This document shows positions 26,478-35,204 of a stretch of 64,000 nucleotides of DNA, in pieces. Below the pieces are notes generated by a model, which searched no databases, was not told the DNA's origin, and saw only the letters and a list, made by a program, of their open reading frames with translations. This DNA comes from an uncultured virus (IMG/VR IMGVR_UViG_3300045234_000013) (Duplodnaviria; Heunggongvirae; Uroviricota; Caudoviricetes). A program made the translations under genes and the position numbers. The stretch lies in IMG/VR virus record IMGVR_UViG_3300045234_000013; one strand, written 5' to 3'. Positions within the stretch are counted from its first letter, which is position 1. Each line of letters begins with the position of its first letter.

Positions 26478-26705
26478 AAAAGGGGCAAAAAAGGGGCAAA
26501 CGTTTGCTAATGTTATCAAATAATGGCGAATATTCTGTATAAATTGAACGACAAAAACGTTGATTTGACAGTATTTTAGAACATTTGTTTCGTAGTAATC
26601 CAACTAAGTAGGATCCGGCATGTGTCTGATATGAATCGCGTAACAGCAAGCCTGAGAGCTTGCTTTTTTATTTGTCAAAAACCAAAAGGGGCAGAAAAGG
26701 GGCAA
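26478..26705. repeat. attP-like junction between the two prophages
   Basis: Paired direct repeats AAAAGGGGCA at 26478-26500 and 26684-26705 (arm-type sites) flank a putative core at ~26603-26640 and a terminator at 26645-26669; adjacent to the integrase 3' end. Confidence 0.8.
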
Positions 26706-26708
26706 GAG

Positions 26709-27845
26709 CTACTTACCCTTAGCATTGAGTTTTTCAACAATACTAGCCTTTGTCTTCTTGGTTACATGGGTGTATATCTTCATTGTTGTTTCCATGTCGG
26801 AGTGTCCTACACGTTCCATGATTGCTTTTACAGGTATGTTCAATTCAGCAAGTAGCGAGATGTGAGAGTGTCTAAAAATATGGCTAGACATTTTCTTTTT
26901 GATAGCATCTTTACCAAGCTTGTCATTCATAGTCTTTAGCGAGTTATTAAATGCATTGATTTGAATCGGCTTGCCAGTCTTACCAATAAAGAGATAAGGA
27001 GTTTTACCCTTGAATTTTAACTTATTCTCCAAAATCAATTCGTCGATTATTTCAATCGCTCGATTAGATAGATCAATTTCACGATATGATGCTAGGGTCT
27101 TAGGCATCTCTTTTTTTGCATTTTTATAGCCGTCCGAATAATCTAAAGTACCAATAACCTTTATAGTTTGGCTATTCGGATTGTAATCATCAATTGTGAG
27201 GCTTATAGCTTCGCCTGCACGCAGTCCAGTTAAATACATGAACTCAGCTAACCTTCCGTGATGGACGCTCTGAAACGTGCTGTAATAGACGTTCAATAGC
27301 TTGTTGATTTCTTCTTCTTCTAAATACTTATCTTCCACTCTTTCATAAGTTTCTTTTGTTAAAGCTGGTTTAGGAACTTTCGCCCTGTTAATAGGATTAA
27401 TTTTGATCATTTCCATATCCACTGCATAATCAAGCGCCATTTTTAGCACACTTCGAAACTTCTTCTTATATTCGTAAGATTGAGGTAACTCATTTATGAA
27501 ATCTTGATAAAATCTTGTGTCTGTATTTCGCACCACCGCAGCAGTGTTAATATTCTTTCGTATGTATTTCAAAAGTTTTTCATAATTAACTTGTGATGAT
27601 TGGCGAATAGAAACCTTATGCTGATTCCACCACGCATCTAATAGCTCGCCAAGTGTAATCTTGATTTGATTTTTTTCTTCGATCTTCTTATCAATTTTTT
27701 CTTGAAGTTCTATGTTTGCTTGCTTCTTAGCTTGATTAGATTTGCTGTTAAGTGTGATGGAAACTTTTCTGCTTTTTTCTGTGTATGGGTCAATGTATCG
27801 TTCAGAATATTTGTATTTCCCGTTCGGTAATTCTTCGATCCACAT
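26709..27845 (-). CDS. int: Tyrosine integrase
   Basis: TGLRAGE, HIFRHSH, RVGH, IYTH catalytic motifs. Confidence 0.96.
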   Translation of the reverse strand: MWIEELPNGKYKYSERYIDPYTEKSRKVSITLNSKSNQAKKQANIELQEKIDKKIEEKNQIKITLGELLDAWWNQHKVSIRQSSQVNYEKLLKYIRKNINTAAVVRNTDTRFYQDFINELPQSYEYKKKFRSVLKMALDYAVDMEMIKINPINRAKVPKPALTKETYERVEDKYLEEEEINKLLNVYYSTFQSVHHGRLAEFMYLTGLRAGEAISLTIDDYNPNSQTIKVIGTLDYSDGYKNAKKEMPKTLASYREIDLSNRAIEIIDELILENKLKFKGKTPYLFIGKTGKPIQINAFNNSLKTMNDKLGKDAIKKKMSSHIFRHSHISLLAELNIPVKAIMERVGHSDMETTMKIYTHVTKKTKASIVEKLNAKGK

Positions 27846-27865
27846 GTATATTCAACTCCTTAAAG

Positions 27866-27879
27866 GGAATGTATGTTCT
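27866..27879 (-). promoter_or_regulatory. Degenerate LexA box upstream of int
   Basis: AGAACATACATTCC on the minus strand, one mismatch to GAAC-N4-GTTC. Confidence 0.5.
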
Positions 27880-27920
27880 TTTCTGGCGTTATTAAAGAAG
27901 CCCCTAAAGTGGGGGCAGCT

Positions 27921-28535
27921 TTAGTACGAACCAACCCATGAAGCATTTGCAAAATAGACTTCATAATCAGTTGTATCGTTCATTATATCGAAATAAGCGA
28001 TACCTGTAGCAGATTTTCCTGGTTGGATTGTTTCAGAATAAAAATCTCTTGAATTTAGTTCAGCTTTCATATTGTTACCATCGTAGAAATCTAATTGATG
28101 CGACGTAACTTCAAAAGGCTTATCCCCTAAATTCGTCACTGTAAAAGTAACTTTAGCGAAGTATCCATTTTGAGGAATATAATAGTCCCCGTCACCCATA
28201 TCTTTTTCCACCGAATCAATCTTTACATCTAACATATCTCCGGATTCGCTTTTTAAAGGCTGGCTTTGACCGATAGAGGTAGAGGTGGTGGTATTCGGAC
28301 TAGAACTGTCACCACCGACGTATTCAGAATCTGGCTTAGGAGCATTTTCGTCTGAAACTTGTTGCTTTGCCTTCTCAAATTCCGAGTCGAAATCGTAACT
28401 ACTTGTACTAGAAATTGAAGATTTAGTATCGCTAGAATTACTATTTACTATTCCACTAATAATGAATATTGAAGCAACAATAAACAACCCTAATATTACC
28501 CAAATAATTGGATTTTTAAATTCACTTTTATTCAT
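27921..28535 (-). CDS. Membrane-anchored DUF4352-like protein (possible superinfection exclusion)
   Basis: N-terminal TM, Ser-rich linker, VTFTVTNLGDKP...IQPGKSATG Ig-like domain; between int and cI. Confidence 0.75.
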   Translation of the reverse strand: MNKSEFKNPIIWVILGLFIVASIFIISGIVNSNSSDTKSSISSTSSYDFDSEFEKAKQQVSDENAPKPDSEYVGGDSSSPNTTTSTSIGQSQPLKSESGDMLDVKIDSVEKDMGDGDYYIPQNGYFAKVTFTVTNLGDKPFEVTSHQLDFYDGNNMKAELNSRDFYSETIQPGKSATGIAYFDIMNDTTDYEVYFANASWVGSY

Positions 28536-28549
28536 TTTATACCCTCCGA

Positions 28550-29209
28550 TTAATATTTTCTTTTATTAGGATTAGCCATATCCCACACAACTTTTCCTTC
28601 TATGCAAACCTCACTAAGCGTAATTGGGTCATCTATCATCCATGGTTTGAAACCATCATCATAAGAATCAGGCTGTAGCACTAAGAGATTTTTCCCGCAT
28701 ATAACTCTTTTTACAGTCGTCTCATCTCCGTTTATTCTGACTGCATAAACTAAACCGGATTCGATCTCTGCATCAGGATCAATTACTAATAATTGTCCGT
28801 CTGGAAATAACCTATTCATCGATTCACCCGATGTTTCGAGAAGATAGCCATTTGGATAATTTTCCTTAATCTCTGCGGGCACTTGGATTTCTTCGGGATT
28901 TGAGTAGGTGACTAAAGGTTTGCCCGCAACTATGGTTCCTATTAAAGGCATGGTTTCTCTAGAACCTATCAACCTAGGTTTAACAACTCCTGGTAAAGAA
29001 TAGTAATCAATACTGTACAGGTTTGATAGTTTAATCAAAATTGAATCTGGAAATGGCAGTTTCCCATTTTCGTATTTAGATAGTGTAGCATTATTAAGCC
29101 CCAATTTAGGAGCTATTTCCAGTTGGCTTAACTTCTTTTCTTTTCTTGCTTGTTTCATTATTGCTGCAACTTTTAATTGATCTTCATTTAATTTATCTGT
29201 CGCCATCAA
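28550..29209 (-). CDS. cI-like repressor (HTH + S24 peptidase)
   Basis: XRE HTH, AG cleavage site (IVAG), GESM serine and TVKR lysine. Confidence 0.93.
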   Translation of the reverse strand: MMATDKLNEDQLKVAAIMKQARKEKKLSQLEIAPKLGLNNATLSKYENGKLPFPDSILIKLSNLYSIDYYSLPGVVKPRLIGSRETMPLIGTIVAGKPLVTYSNPEEIQVPAEIKENYPNGYLLETSGESMNRLFPDGQLLVIDPDAEIESGLVYAVRINGDETTVKRVICGKNLLVLQPDSYDDGFKPWMIDDPITLSEVCIEGKVVWDMANPNKRKY

Positions 29210-29252
29210 TAAACACCACTTTTCCTTTAGAACTAAATTTACTATAACATTT

Positions 29253-29610
29253 TTGCTTTATAGGCAATAGAATTATTTTAATCGAAAAATAGTTTGCTTG
29301 TGGGCAAATATCGTGTTATAGTCAATTTGTAATAACGAAGGGAGGTAAAAATAAGTGTTATTAAATTTAAAAAAAATCGAAACAACGAGAAAGTCTAATA
29401 AGAAAAGCGTTACTGAAATGGGATTAATAATGGGAATGAATGGCGCTTCCTATTGGAAAAAGGAAAATGGAATTTATTCTTTTAATGCCAATGAGTTGCC
29501 TATTTTAATGGACGCTTTGGGGAAAGACATCACTGAATTACCTGAATTTTTTTTAGATGACAATTTGCCCATAAGCAAATAATTTGTTATTTATTTTGCT
29601 TTTAAAGCAA
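29253..29610. promoter_or_regulatory. Palindromic operators TTGC-N6/7-GCAA
   Basis: Copies at 29253-29267, 29294-29307, 29565-29578 and 29596-29610. Confidence 0.7.
29355..29582 (+). CDS. Cro-like HTH repressor
   Basis: Divergent from cI; SYWKKENG motif. Confidence 0.85.
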   Translation: MLLNLKKIETTRKSNKKSVTEMGLIMGMNGASYWKKENGIYSFNANELPILMDALGKDITELPEFFLDDNLPISK

Positions 29611-29737
29611 AAAGGCAAATGCTTGTTCTGCTGTGAAACATTACAATAGACAAAAGTTATTTAGTTGTTATGGAAATTCATAAAAGCTGTGAAACATTTT
29701 TTCCCAATTTATTAAATAACGCAAAGGAGGATAAATA

Positions 29738-29983
29738 ATGACTGAAAAAATCGCCTTAGCAGAAACCATCAAATTGCCTCAATTATCAATGCCAAAGGAT
29801 GAAGCGATAAAATATTTCGGATTTGAAGGACATGAATCTACATTTCAAAGATTGTTAGCAGAATTCAAAGTACATCCTGATTACAAACGTGGTTATCGAG
29901 CACCGACATACAAAATTGTGCTGATAAACATCAATCTGTTTGATCAATTTTTGGATTGGAAGGACAAGAACAAATTTAAATAA
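29738..29983 (+). CDS. Putative excisionase / DNA-binding protein
   Basis: MPKDEAIKYFG...LININLFDQFLDW winged-helix pattern; early position. Confidence 0.65.
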   Translation: MTEKIALAETIKLPQLSMPKDEAIKYFGFEGHESTFQRLLAEFKVHPDYKRGYRAPTYKIVLININLFDQFLDWKDKNKFK

Positions 29984-29995
29984 GGGGGTAACAAC

Positions 29996-30142
29996 ATGAA
30001 TGAAGTAAAAATCAATGTAAAGCTAACCGGTGTAGAAGAAGCTACTGAAAAAGCAGAGCGATATGTCGAACTATTAAAAGAAGCCAAAACGTTGGCAGAC
30101 GAATTAGCTTCAATGGAGTTTGAAATTGGAATTAAGCAGTAG
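29996..30142 (+). CDS. Small hypothetical protein, 48 aa
   Basis: RBS AAGGGGG; MNEVKINVKLTGVEEA... Confidence 0.7.
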   Translation: MNEVKINVKLTGVEEATEKAERYVELLKEAKTLADELASMEFEIGIKQ

Positions 30143-30155
30143 AGGAGGCAACAGC

Positions 30156-30353
30156 ATGAATAATATACCAGTAAATATTGTCATTAGAGGGGTGGAAGCT
30201 TTAGAAAGCATAGCAAAAAGCCTTAGCACTTTGGCAGAAGATACTAAGGCAAGAAAAGAATTAAATATAGAAATCCATAATAGGTTAGAAAATCTTGAAG
30301 AAGTTCTATTGGATTTGAAAAACGATCCTTTTGGACTAAATAAAAGGAATTAA
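30156..30353 (+). CDS. Hypothetical protein
   Basis: RBS GGAGG before ATG 30156. Confidence 0.65.
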   Translation: MNNIPVNIVIRGVEALESIAKSLSTLAEDTKARKELNIEIHNRLENLEEVLLDLKNDPFGLNKRN

Positions 30354-30680
30354 GCTTTTTATTTTAATAGCATAATCAAGGACAGTATCAATCTTATCTT
30401 TAAATGTAGTTTCTAGCATAGCAATAGCTTCAGTATTGAGCGAGATGTACCAAATTGTAGAAGACACGTTTTTACCGGAAATCATATCGTGCCTCATGAG
30501 TTCCCAGCAAACAGATTTTACGTCTTCGATACTCCATTCAGGCATAACAGTTTCATGTAATTTCTCAAGATTTCCAAATTTCAACGATGTACTTCTATTA
30601 GCACCAGATTTTCTTTTTTGTAGATACTCTTTATACATCATAGACAATAAATATTTGGCTTCATTTGTTAGTTCATCCAT
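30336..30680 (-). CDS. Hypothetical winged-helix-like protein, antisense to the early operon
   Basis: RBS GAGGTG on the minus strand; 114 aa. Confidence 0.75.
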   Translation of the reverse strand: MDELTNEAKYLLSMMYKEYLQKRKSGANRSTSLKFGNLEKLHETVMPEWSIEDVKSVCWELMRHDMISGKNVSSTIWYISLNTEAIAMLETTFKDKIDTVLDYAIKIKSLIPFI

Positions 30681-30732
30681 AATTTTTCACCTCACTTTCT
30701 ATAGTGAGTATACCAAAGAAGGAGGCGACAGC

Positions 30733-30891
30733 ATGAAACGCTTAAATTTTCAAACGATCCTGCTTTCGATGATCGCAATTCCAGTTTTCACGTTAGTCAA
30801 TATTTGGCTGGCCTACGGCTACATTCTACTTTTCTTTTTAGTGATCGGATGGGAAAAGAAAAAGCCAACCGAGGGGGCTGACTATGAGTAG
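30733..30891 (+). CDS. Small membrane protein
   Basis: RBS GGAGG; two hydrophobic segments. Confidence 0.65.
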   Translation: MKRLNFQTILLSMIAIPVFTLVNIWLAYGYILLFFLVIGWEKKKPTEGADYE

Positions 30892-30982
30892 CAGTGACAT
30901 CATTACTCTGTTAACAATTTTTTTTGGATTAGCTTCAATAATCATCAATGTGTATTTGATTATTAAAGATATATTTTTTTAA
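30884..30982 (+). CDS. Small single-TM peptide, 32 aa
   Basis: RBS GAGGGGG; MSSSDIITLLTIFFGLASIIINVYLIIKDIFF. Confidence 0.55.
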   Translation: MSSSDIITLLTIFFGLASIIINVYLIIKDIFF

Positions 30983-30999
30983 ATGTCGGGGGTACAAAA

Positions 31000-31269
31000 A
31001 TGGAGATTCAAATAACTGGAACACCAAATGAAGTTGAAGAAATGTTTCGTCGTATTGGTAAAAGTAAAGAACCAGTTGATTTAACAATAAACAATATCAA
31101 TCCAAATAGGGCTTTGAAAGTTGCAAAAAGTATAGAAGACGTAACCTATAGTCTTTCTAATGACAACGTTGTAAACACGGAAAACATTTCACCTGAATCA
31201 ATTACAATCATTGCTGAATGTCAGTTGAGCCCGGTAATGAAGCTACGTTCTTCAAGGGAGGTAATTTAA
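31000..31269 (+). CDS. Hypothetical protein
   Basis: MEIQITGTPNEVEEMF N-terminus typical of phage early genes. Confidence 0.7.
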   Translation: MEIQITGTPNEVEEMFRRIGKSKEPVDLTINNINPNRALKVAKSIEDVTYSLSNDNVVNTENISPESITIIAECQLSPVMKLRSSREVI

Positions 31270-31361
31270 AATGCTCCGTACCTCTTTATTCACAAAAAAA
31301 AGACTAGCCCCGTCTACCAAACTAAGCTAGTCAAAATACATCTATATAAGGAGAGTTTATC

Positions 31362-31706
31362 ATGACATTACGCGATAGTCTAGGTGTTCCTATGGATCCA
31401 CCGGAAGAAAAAGAAATATTGAAAGATATCTACGGAGATCCAATTTATTTGAACAGTACCATTTACATCAATAAAGATGGTTTGCTGCTTGAAGAAAACT
31501 TAGAACGCTATACAAATGAGTATGTGGAGGAGTTAACCGCAGGCGAAGCGAACGAAGAACTTAGAGAAACTATGCTGCCGAGTGAGTATTCAGAGGTAGT
31601 CAAAGAAGCTTTACTCACTTGGATCGTTAATAACGGCTATGCAAAATTTTTCGACTTACTGCCTAAGAGAGGAGAGGACATTTTTGAATCTAGAAGATAT
31701 CACTAG
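31362..31706 (+). CDS. Hypothetical protein
   Basis: RBS AAGGAG; 114 aa. Confidence 0.75.
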   Translation: MTLRDSLGVPMDPPEEKEILKDIYGDPIYLNSTIYINKDGLLLEENLERYTNEYVEELTAGEANEELRETMLPSEYSEVVKEALLTWIVNNGYAKFFDLLPKRGEDIFESRRYH

Positions 31707-32181
31707 AGAAATAGAAATGATGAGACAGGTACAAAAATCAAAACTAGATCTGTACGATCGTCAGATAGCTGAAATTACAGACGCAAAAGTAGCATTTCTA
31801 AATAAATCAAAGCAAGAGTTAGATGCTGCGTTAGAGATTCAAAGGCAGCTTTTAGGTGACGTGGAGTCGGTAGAAACTGAGAGTTTCTTAATCAGTAAAA
31901 AACACCCAAATATGAAAAGTAAAACAACTTACAAATTGAATCTTCCAAATTCAAAAGAGGAAAAGGTCCGATTTGATCGATACATGAAAGAAGAACATCC
32001 GGGTTTAATAAAGGAAGAATTAGTGGTCAAACCTATACAAAACGATATTAAGCAACTTCTAGTCGATGGAATTTTCCATATGACTGATGAAGGATTGTTG
32101 ATTGATGATAACGGAATGGCTATTCCAAACACAACCGTTGATGTTAAGGGAATCGAAGTGAAAGTGAAGGTGAAAGAGTAG
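31684..32181 (+). CDS. Gam / gp157-like coiled-coil recombination accessory protein
   Basis: Directly upstream of Sak4; N-terminal coiled coil. Confidence 0.55.
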   Translation: MNLEDITREIEMMRQVQKSKLDLYDRQIAEITDAKVAFLNKSKQELDAALEIQRQLLGDVESVETESFLISKKHPNMKSKTTYKLNLPNSKEEKVRFDRYMKEEHPGLIKEELVVKPIQNDIKQLLVDGIFHMTDEGLLIDDNGMAIPNTTVDVKGIEVKVKVKE

Positions 32182-32895
32182 ATGGAGATAATTAAAGCAG
32201 CTGATATTGATCGCGCTAGTAGTTTTTCCATTTTAATCTATGCACCGCCTGGCGGGGGTAAAACATATACGGCTAATTACCTAAAAGGAAAAACACTTGT
32301 GATAGATATTGACCGCACTACAAACGTTTTAGCAGGAAATCCAAACATTGATATCGTTTATGCAGATTTAAATGATGTGGAGGTTGGAATGAAACGAATG
32401 TTAAGAGATATTCATGACAATTATTTAGACCAATATGACAATATCTTTTTTGATAACTTATCTGAATTCGAACAAGCATGGCTAGCAGAGAAATCAAGAC
32501 TATCAAAAACACGTGACGGTAAAGCAATGGGGATTCCTGAAATGGGCGATTATAACAAATTCTCATTTTACCTGCCTGACATGATTCGATACATCAATTC
32601 ATGGAAAGGTGTAAACAAAGTTTTTACCGCTTGGGAAACACAAATTCAAATTCAATCACCGGGTGGTCAAATATTCAATCAGTTTCATCCACAGATTCGA
32701 GAGAAGATTGTGAACAATATAATGGGCCTGATGAATATGGTTGGTCGTTTAATGCTCAATGAAGAAACAGGTAAAAGAGGGTTTTTATTAAAACGAACAG
32801 ATCAAACCTATGCCAAAAATCAACTAGACGATCGAGAGTTTGCTCTGCAAGAGGAGTTGTTCGATATTGATGAAACTATACGATTATCAGAATGA
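32182..32895 (+). CDS. Sak4-like AAA ATPase (single-strand annealing)
   Basis: IYAPPGGGKT, FDNLSE, YAKNQLD motifs. Confidence 0.88.
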   Translation: MEIIKAADIDRASSFSILIYAPPGGGKTYTANYLKGKTLVIDIDRTTNVLAGNPNIDIVYADLNDVEVGMKRMLRDIHDNYLDQYDNIFFDNLSEFEQAWLAEKSRLSKTRDGKAMGIPEMGDYNKFSFYLPDMIRYINSWKGVNKVFTAWETQIQIQSPGGQIFNQFHPQIREKIVNNIMGLMNMVGRLMLNEETGKRGFLLKRTDQTYAKNQLDDREFALQEELFDIDETIRLSE

Positions 32896-34219
32896 TCTAG
32901 TTAAGCGTGCTAAACAAGCTTATATCGAGGGATTTAAAGCTCCCTGTATTGTTTCGCCATGTGGCTCAGGGAAGTCGGTCATGGTCGCTGAAATCGCACG
33001 TATGACGACTTCAAAAGGCAATCGAGTTTTGTTTTTAGTTCATCGTCATGAACTTATAGATCAAATAAAAAAGACTTTCGAAACGATAGGTGTGGATTTA
33101 AAATTGGTTAATTTCGGAATGGTTCAAACGGTGGTAAGGCATCTTGAGACGATTAAAAAACCGCAATTAGTCATCACTGATGAAAATCATCATGGATTAG
33201 CAGCATCGTATAGAAAAATCTATGATTATTTTTCGGACGTACCAAGACTAGGCTTTACTGCAACACCTATCCGATTAAATGGGAGTGGGTTAGGAGATGT
33301 TAACGATCTATTAATTGAAGGAGTATCAGCTAAATGGTTGATTGAAAATCATCGGTTGGCTCCTTATGAATATTATGCACCTAAATTAATCGATACTGCT
33401 GAATTGAAAAAAGCTTCAACTGGAGATTTTACGAAGAAATCAATGGATAAAGCAGTGAAGAATACAATTTATGGAGATGTCTTGAAGCACTATCGAACGT
33501 TAGCAGACGGAGAACAAGCGATAGCGTACTGCCACAGTATTGAAGCAAGCAAACACACCAACGAGATATTCAATAATGCTGGTTATAAAGCAGCACATAT
33601 TGATGCAAAAACACCAAAAGATCAACGTGCAGACATTATTGAAGCATTCAGAAATCACGAAATTAAAATATTATGCAATGTTGATTTGATTGGAGAAGGA
33701 TTTGATGTCCCTGATTGTTCAACTGTGATTATGTTGAGACCTACTCAATCATTGTCACTATACATTCAACAATCGATGAGAGGGATGCGTTACAGACCAG
33801 ATAAAATGTCAATCATCATTGACCATGTGGGGAATGTGAATCGTTTTGGATTGCCTGATATGGATCGCGAGTGGAGTTTAGATAGCAAGAAAAAAGCGAA
33901 CTCGGATAGCGATATTTCAATCGTTCAATGTCAGTTCTGTTTCGGAGCATACGAACGACCGAAGGGTGAGAATATTTGTCCGTATTGCGAAGAGGTACAG
34001 CCAATTGAAGAAAGAAAAAGTGAAATAGAGATTGATGAATCTGCCGAATTAATGAAAGTTGGAGAAACGAAAATTACGTTGAATTTCGAGAATAACAAGT
34101 ATTACAACATGACGGAAGATGAGGCTTCCACAGTTGAAGACTTATACGCAATCGCTAGAGCGAAAGGGTTTAAACCTGGTTGGGCATATATGGCAGCTAA
34201 AAGAAAGGGGATGTTGTAG
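32870..34219 (+). CDS. SF2 DEAD/DEAH-type helicase with a Zn ribbon
   Basis: SPCGSGKS, DENHH, TAT, EGFDVPD, QSMRGMR. Confidence 0.93.
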   Translation: MKLYDYQNDLVKRAKQAYIEGFKAPCIVSPCGSGKSVMVAEIARMTTSKGNRVLFLVHRHELIDQIKKTFETIGVDLKLVNFGMVQTVVRHLETIKKPQLVITDENHHGLAASYRKIYDYFSDVPRLGFTATPIRLNGSGLGDVNDLLIEGVSAKWLIENHRLAPYEYYAPKLIDTAELKKASTGDFTKKSMDKAVKNTIYGDVLKHYRTLADGEQAIAYCHSIEASKHTNEIFNNAGYKAAHIDAKTPKDQRADIIEAFRNHEIKILCNVDLIGEGFDVPDCSTVIMLRPTQSLSLYIQQSMRGMRYRPDKMSIIIDHVGNVNRFGLPDMDREWSLDSKKKANSDSDISIVQCQFCFGAYERPKGENICPYCEEVQPIEERKSEIEIDESAELMKVGETKITLNFENNKYYNMTEDEASTVEDLYAIARAKGFKPGWAYMAAKRKGML

Positions 34220-34689
34220 TGCCGGGAAGAAAAGATTATTCAGGAGAAAAAATTGGGGACTGGAAAATTGTTGGCGACACTGGTTTAACAAGCAAACACA
34301 ACGGACAGATTGTAATAGCAAAGAACTTGATAACAGGCGAATACAAGGAAATTACGCCCGGTAATCTTCGAAATGGCAAAAAAACTAGTCAGATGAAGCA
34401 ACTTGCTGATCAAAATCTAAAAAAGATAGAAGACAAATACAGAAAAGACGGAATAATGATTAACAAATTAACAGAAAAAATTAGAAGCAACAACACAACA
34501 GGAGTTAAAGGCGTTTATTGGGATAAAAGCGTAAATAAATGGCGTGCAAAATTAACCTTCAAAGGAAAAGTTGTGTTAAATAGAACTTTTTATACCAAAG
34601 AAGAAGCAATTGCAGCACGACTTGCAGCTGAAGAAAAATATTTCAAACCAATATTAGAAAAATACAACCAAACTAAAGGAGAAGATTAA
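34219..34689 (+). CDS. AP2-domain protein
   Basis: NNTTGVKGVYWDK...WRAKL...EEAIAARLAAE. Confidence 0.85.
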   Translation: MPGRKDYSGEKIGDWKIVGDTGLTSKHNGQIVIAKNLITGEYKEITPGNLRNGKKTSQMKQLADQNLKKIEDKYRKDGIMINKLTEKIRSNNTTGVKGVYWDKSVNKWRAKLTFKGKVVLNRTFYTKEEAIAARLAAEEKYFKPILEKYNQTKGED

Positions 34690-34691
34690 TT

Positions 34692-35189
34692 ATGACAGGA
34701 TTTAACTTAGACTTTTCAAAAGCACAACAAGGAAACGAGATTAAAGACGGGGCTTATGAGGTAGTGGTCAATAAGGCAATCGAAAACGCCACGCCATCAG
34801 GCGCTGAGTATATCGATATCGATTTGATTGTTCGAAACGATGTGGAGCAAACATTCCAAAACAAACATATTTTTGCGAAGATTTGGAAAGCTAAAGCCAC
34901 TGGAAAATACAATGAAGGAATGGTCATGGCAATCGCACAAGCTTTGCAATTAGAAGACGGAAAGTCTTATAACGGATTTGATGAACTATTAGCTGATTTC
35001 GTACTAAAACCAGTGTTGGTTCGAGTGAAAACAGAAGAATCAAATGGTTATAAAAACGTGAATGTTAAGTCTTGGGAAAAGACAAATACAACTGGGGCAG
35101 TAAATCACCAATTTAAAAATGGAGACGAACCATCATTCGGACCTGCTCGTCCCGATGTAACGGTTCAAAAAGACGACCTACCATTCTAA
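34692..35189 (+). CDS. DUF669 family ssDNA-binding protein
   Basis: GAYEVVV N-terminus, acidic DDLPF tail. Confidence 0.85.
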   Translation: MTGFNLDFSKAQQGNEIKDGAYEVVVNKAIENATPSGAEYIDIDLIVRNDVEQTFQNKHIFAKIWKAKATGKYNEGMVMAIAQALQLEDGKSYNGFDELLADFVLKPVLVRVKTEESNGYKNVNVKSWEKTNTTGAVNHQFKNGDEPSFGPARPDVTVQKDDLPF

Positions 35190-35204
35190 TCACGAGGTGT
35201 AAAG

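Larger units (their letters stand above)
1..26602 (+). mobile_element. Prophage 1 (right part): SPP1-like pac-type siphovirus
   Basis: Gene order YopX, late activator, terminase, SPP1 portal, gp7, scaffold, capsid, tail, holin, amidase, morons; ends at the att-like junction. Left end is outside the window. Confidence 0.93.

Noticed and set aside
26409..26855. ORFs spanning the att region (long start of 26184-26603, 26467-26649, 26622-26855)
   Set aside because: They overlap the promoter, arm repeats and the integrase antisense strand; no RBS.
30436..30732. Long N-terminal extension of ORF 30436-30891
   Set aside because: It is antisense to the 114-aa gene; the likely start is ATG 30733 after GGAGG.
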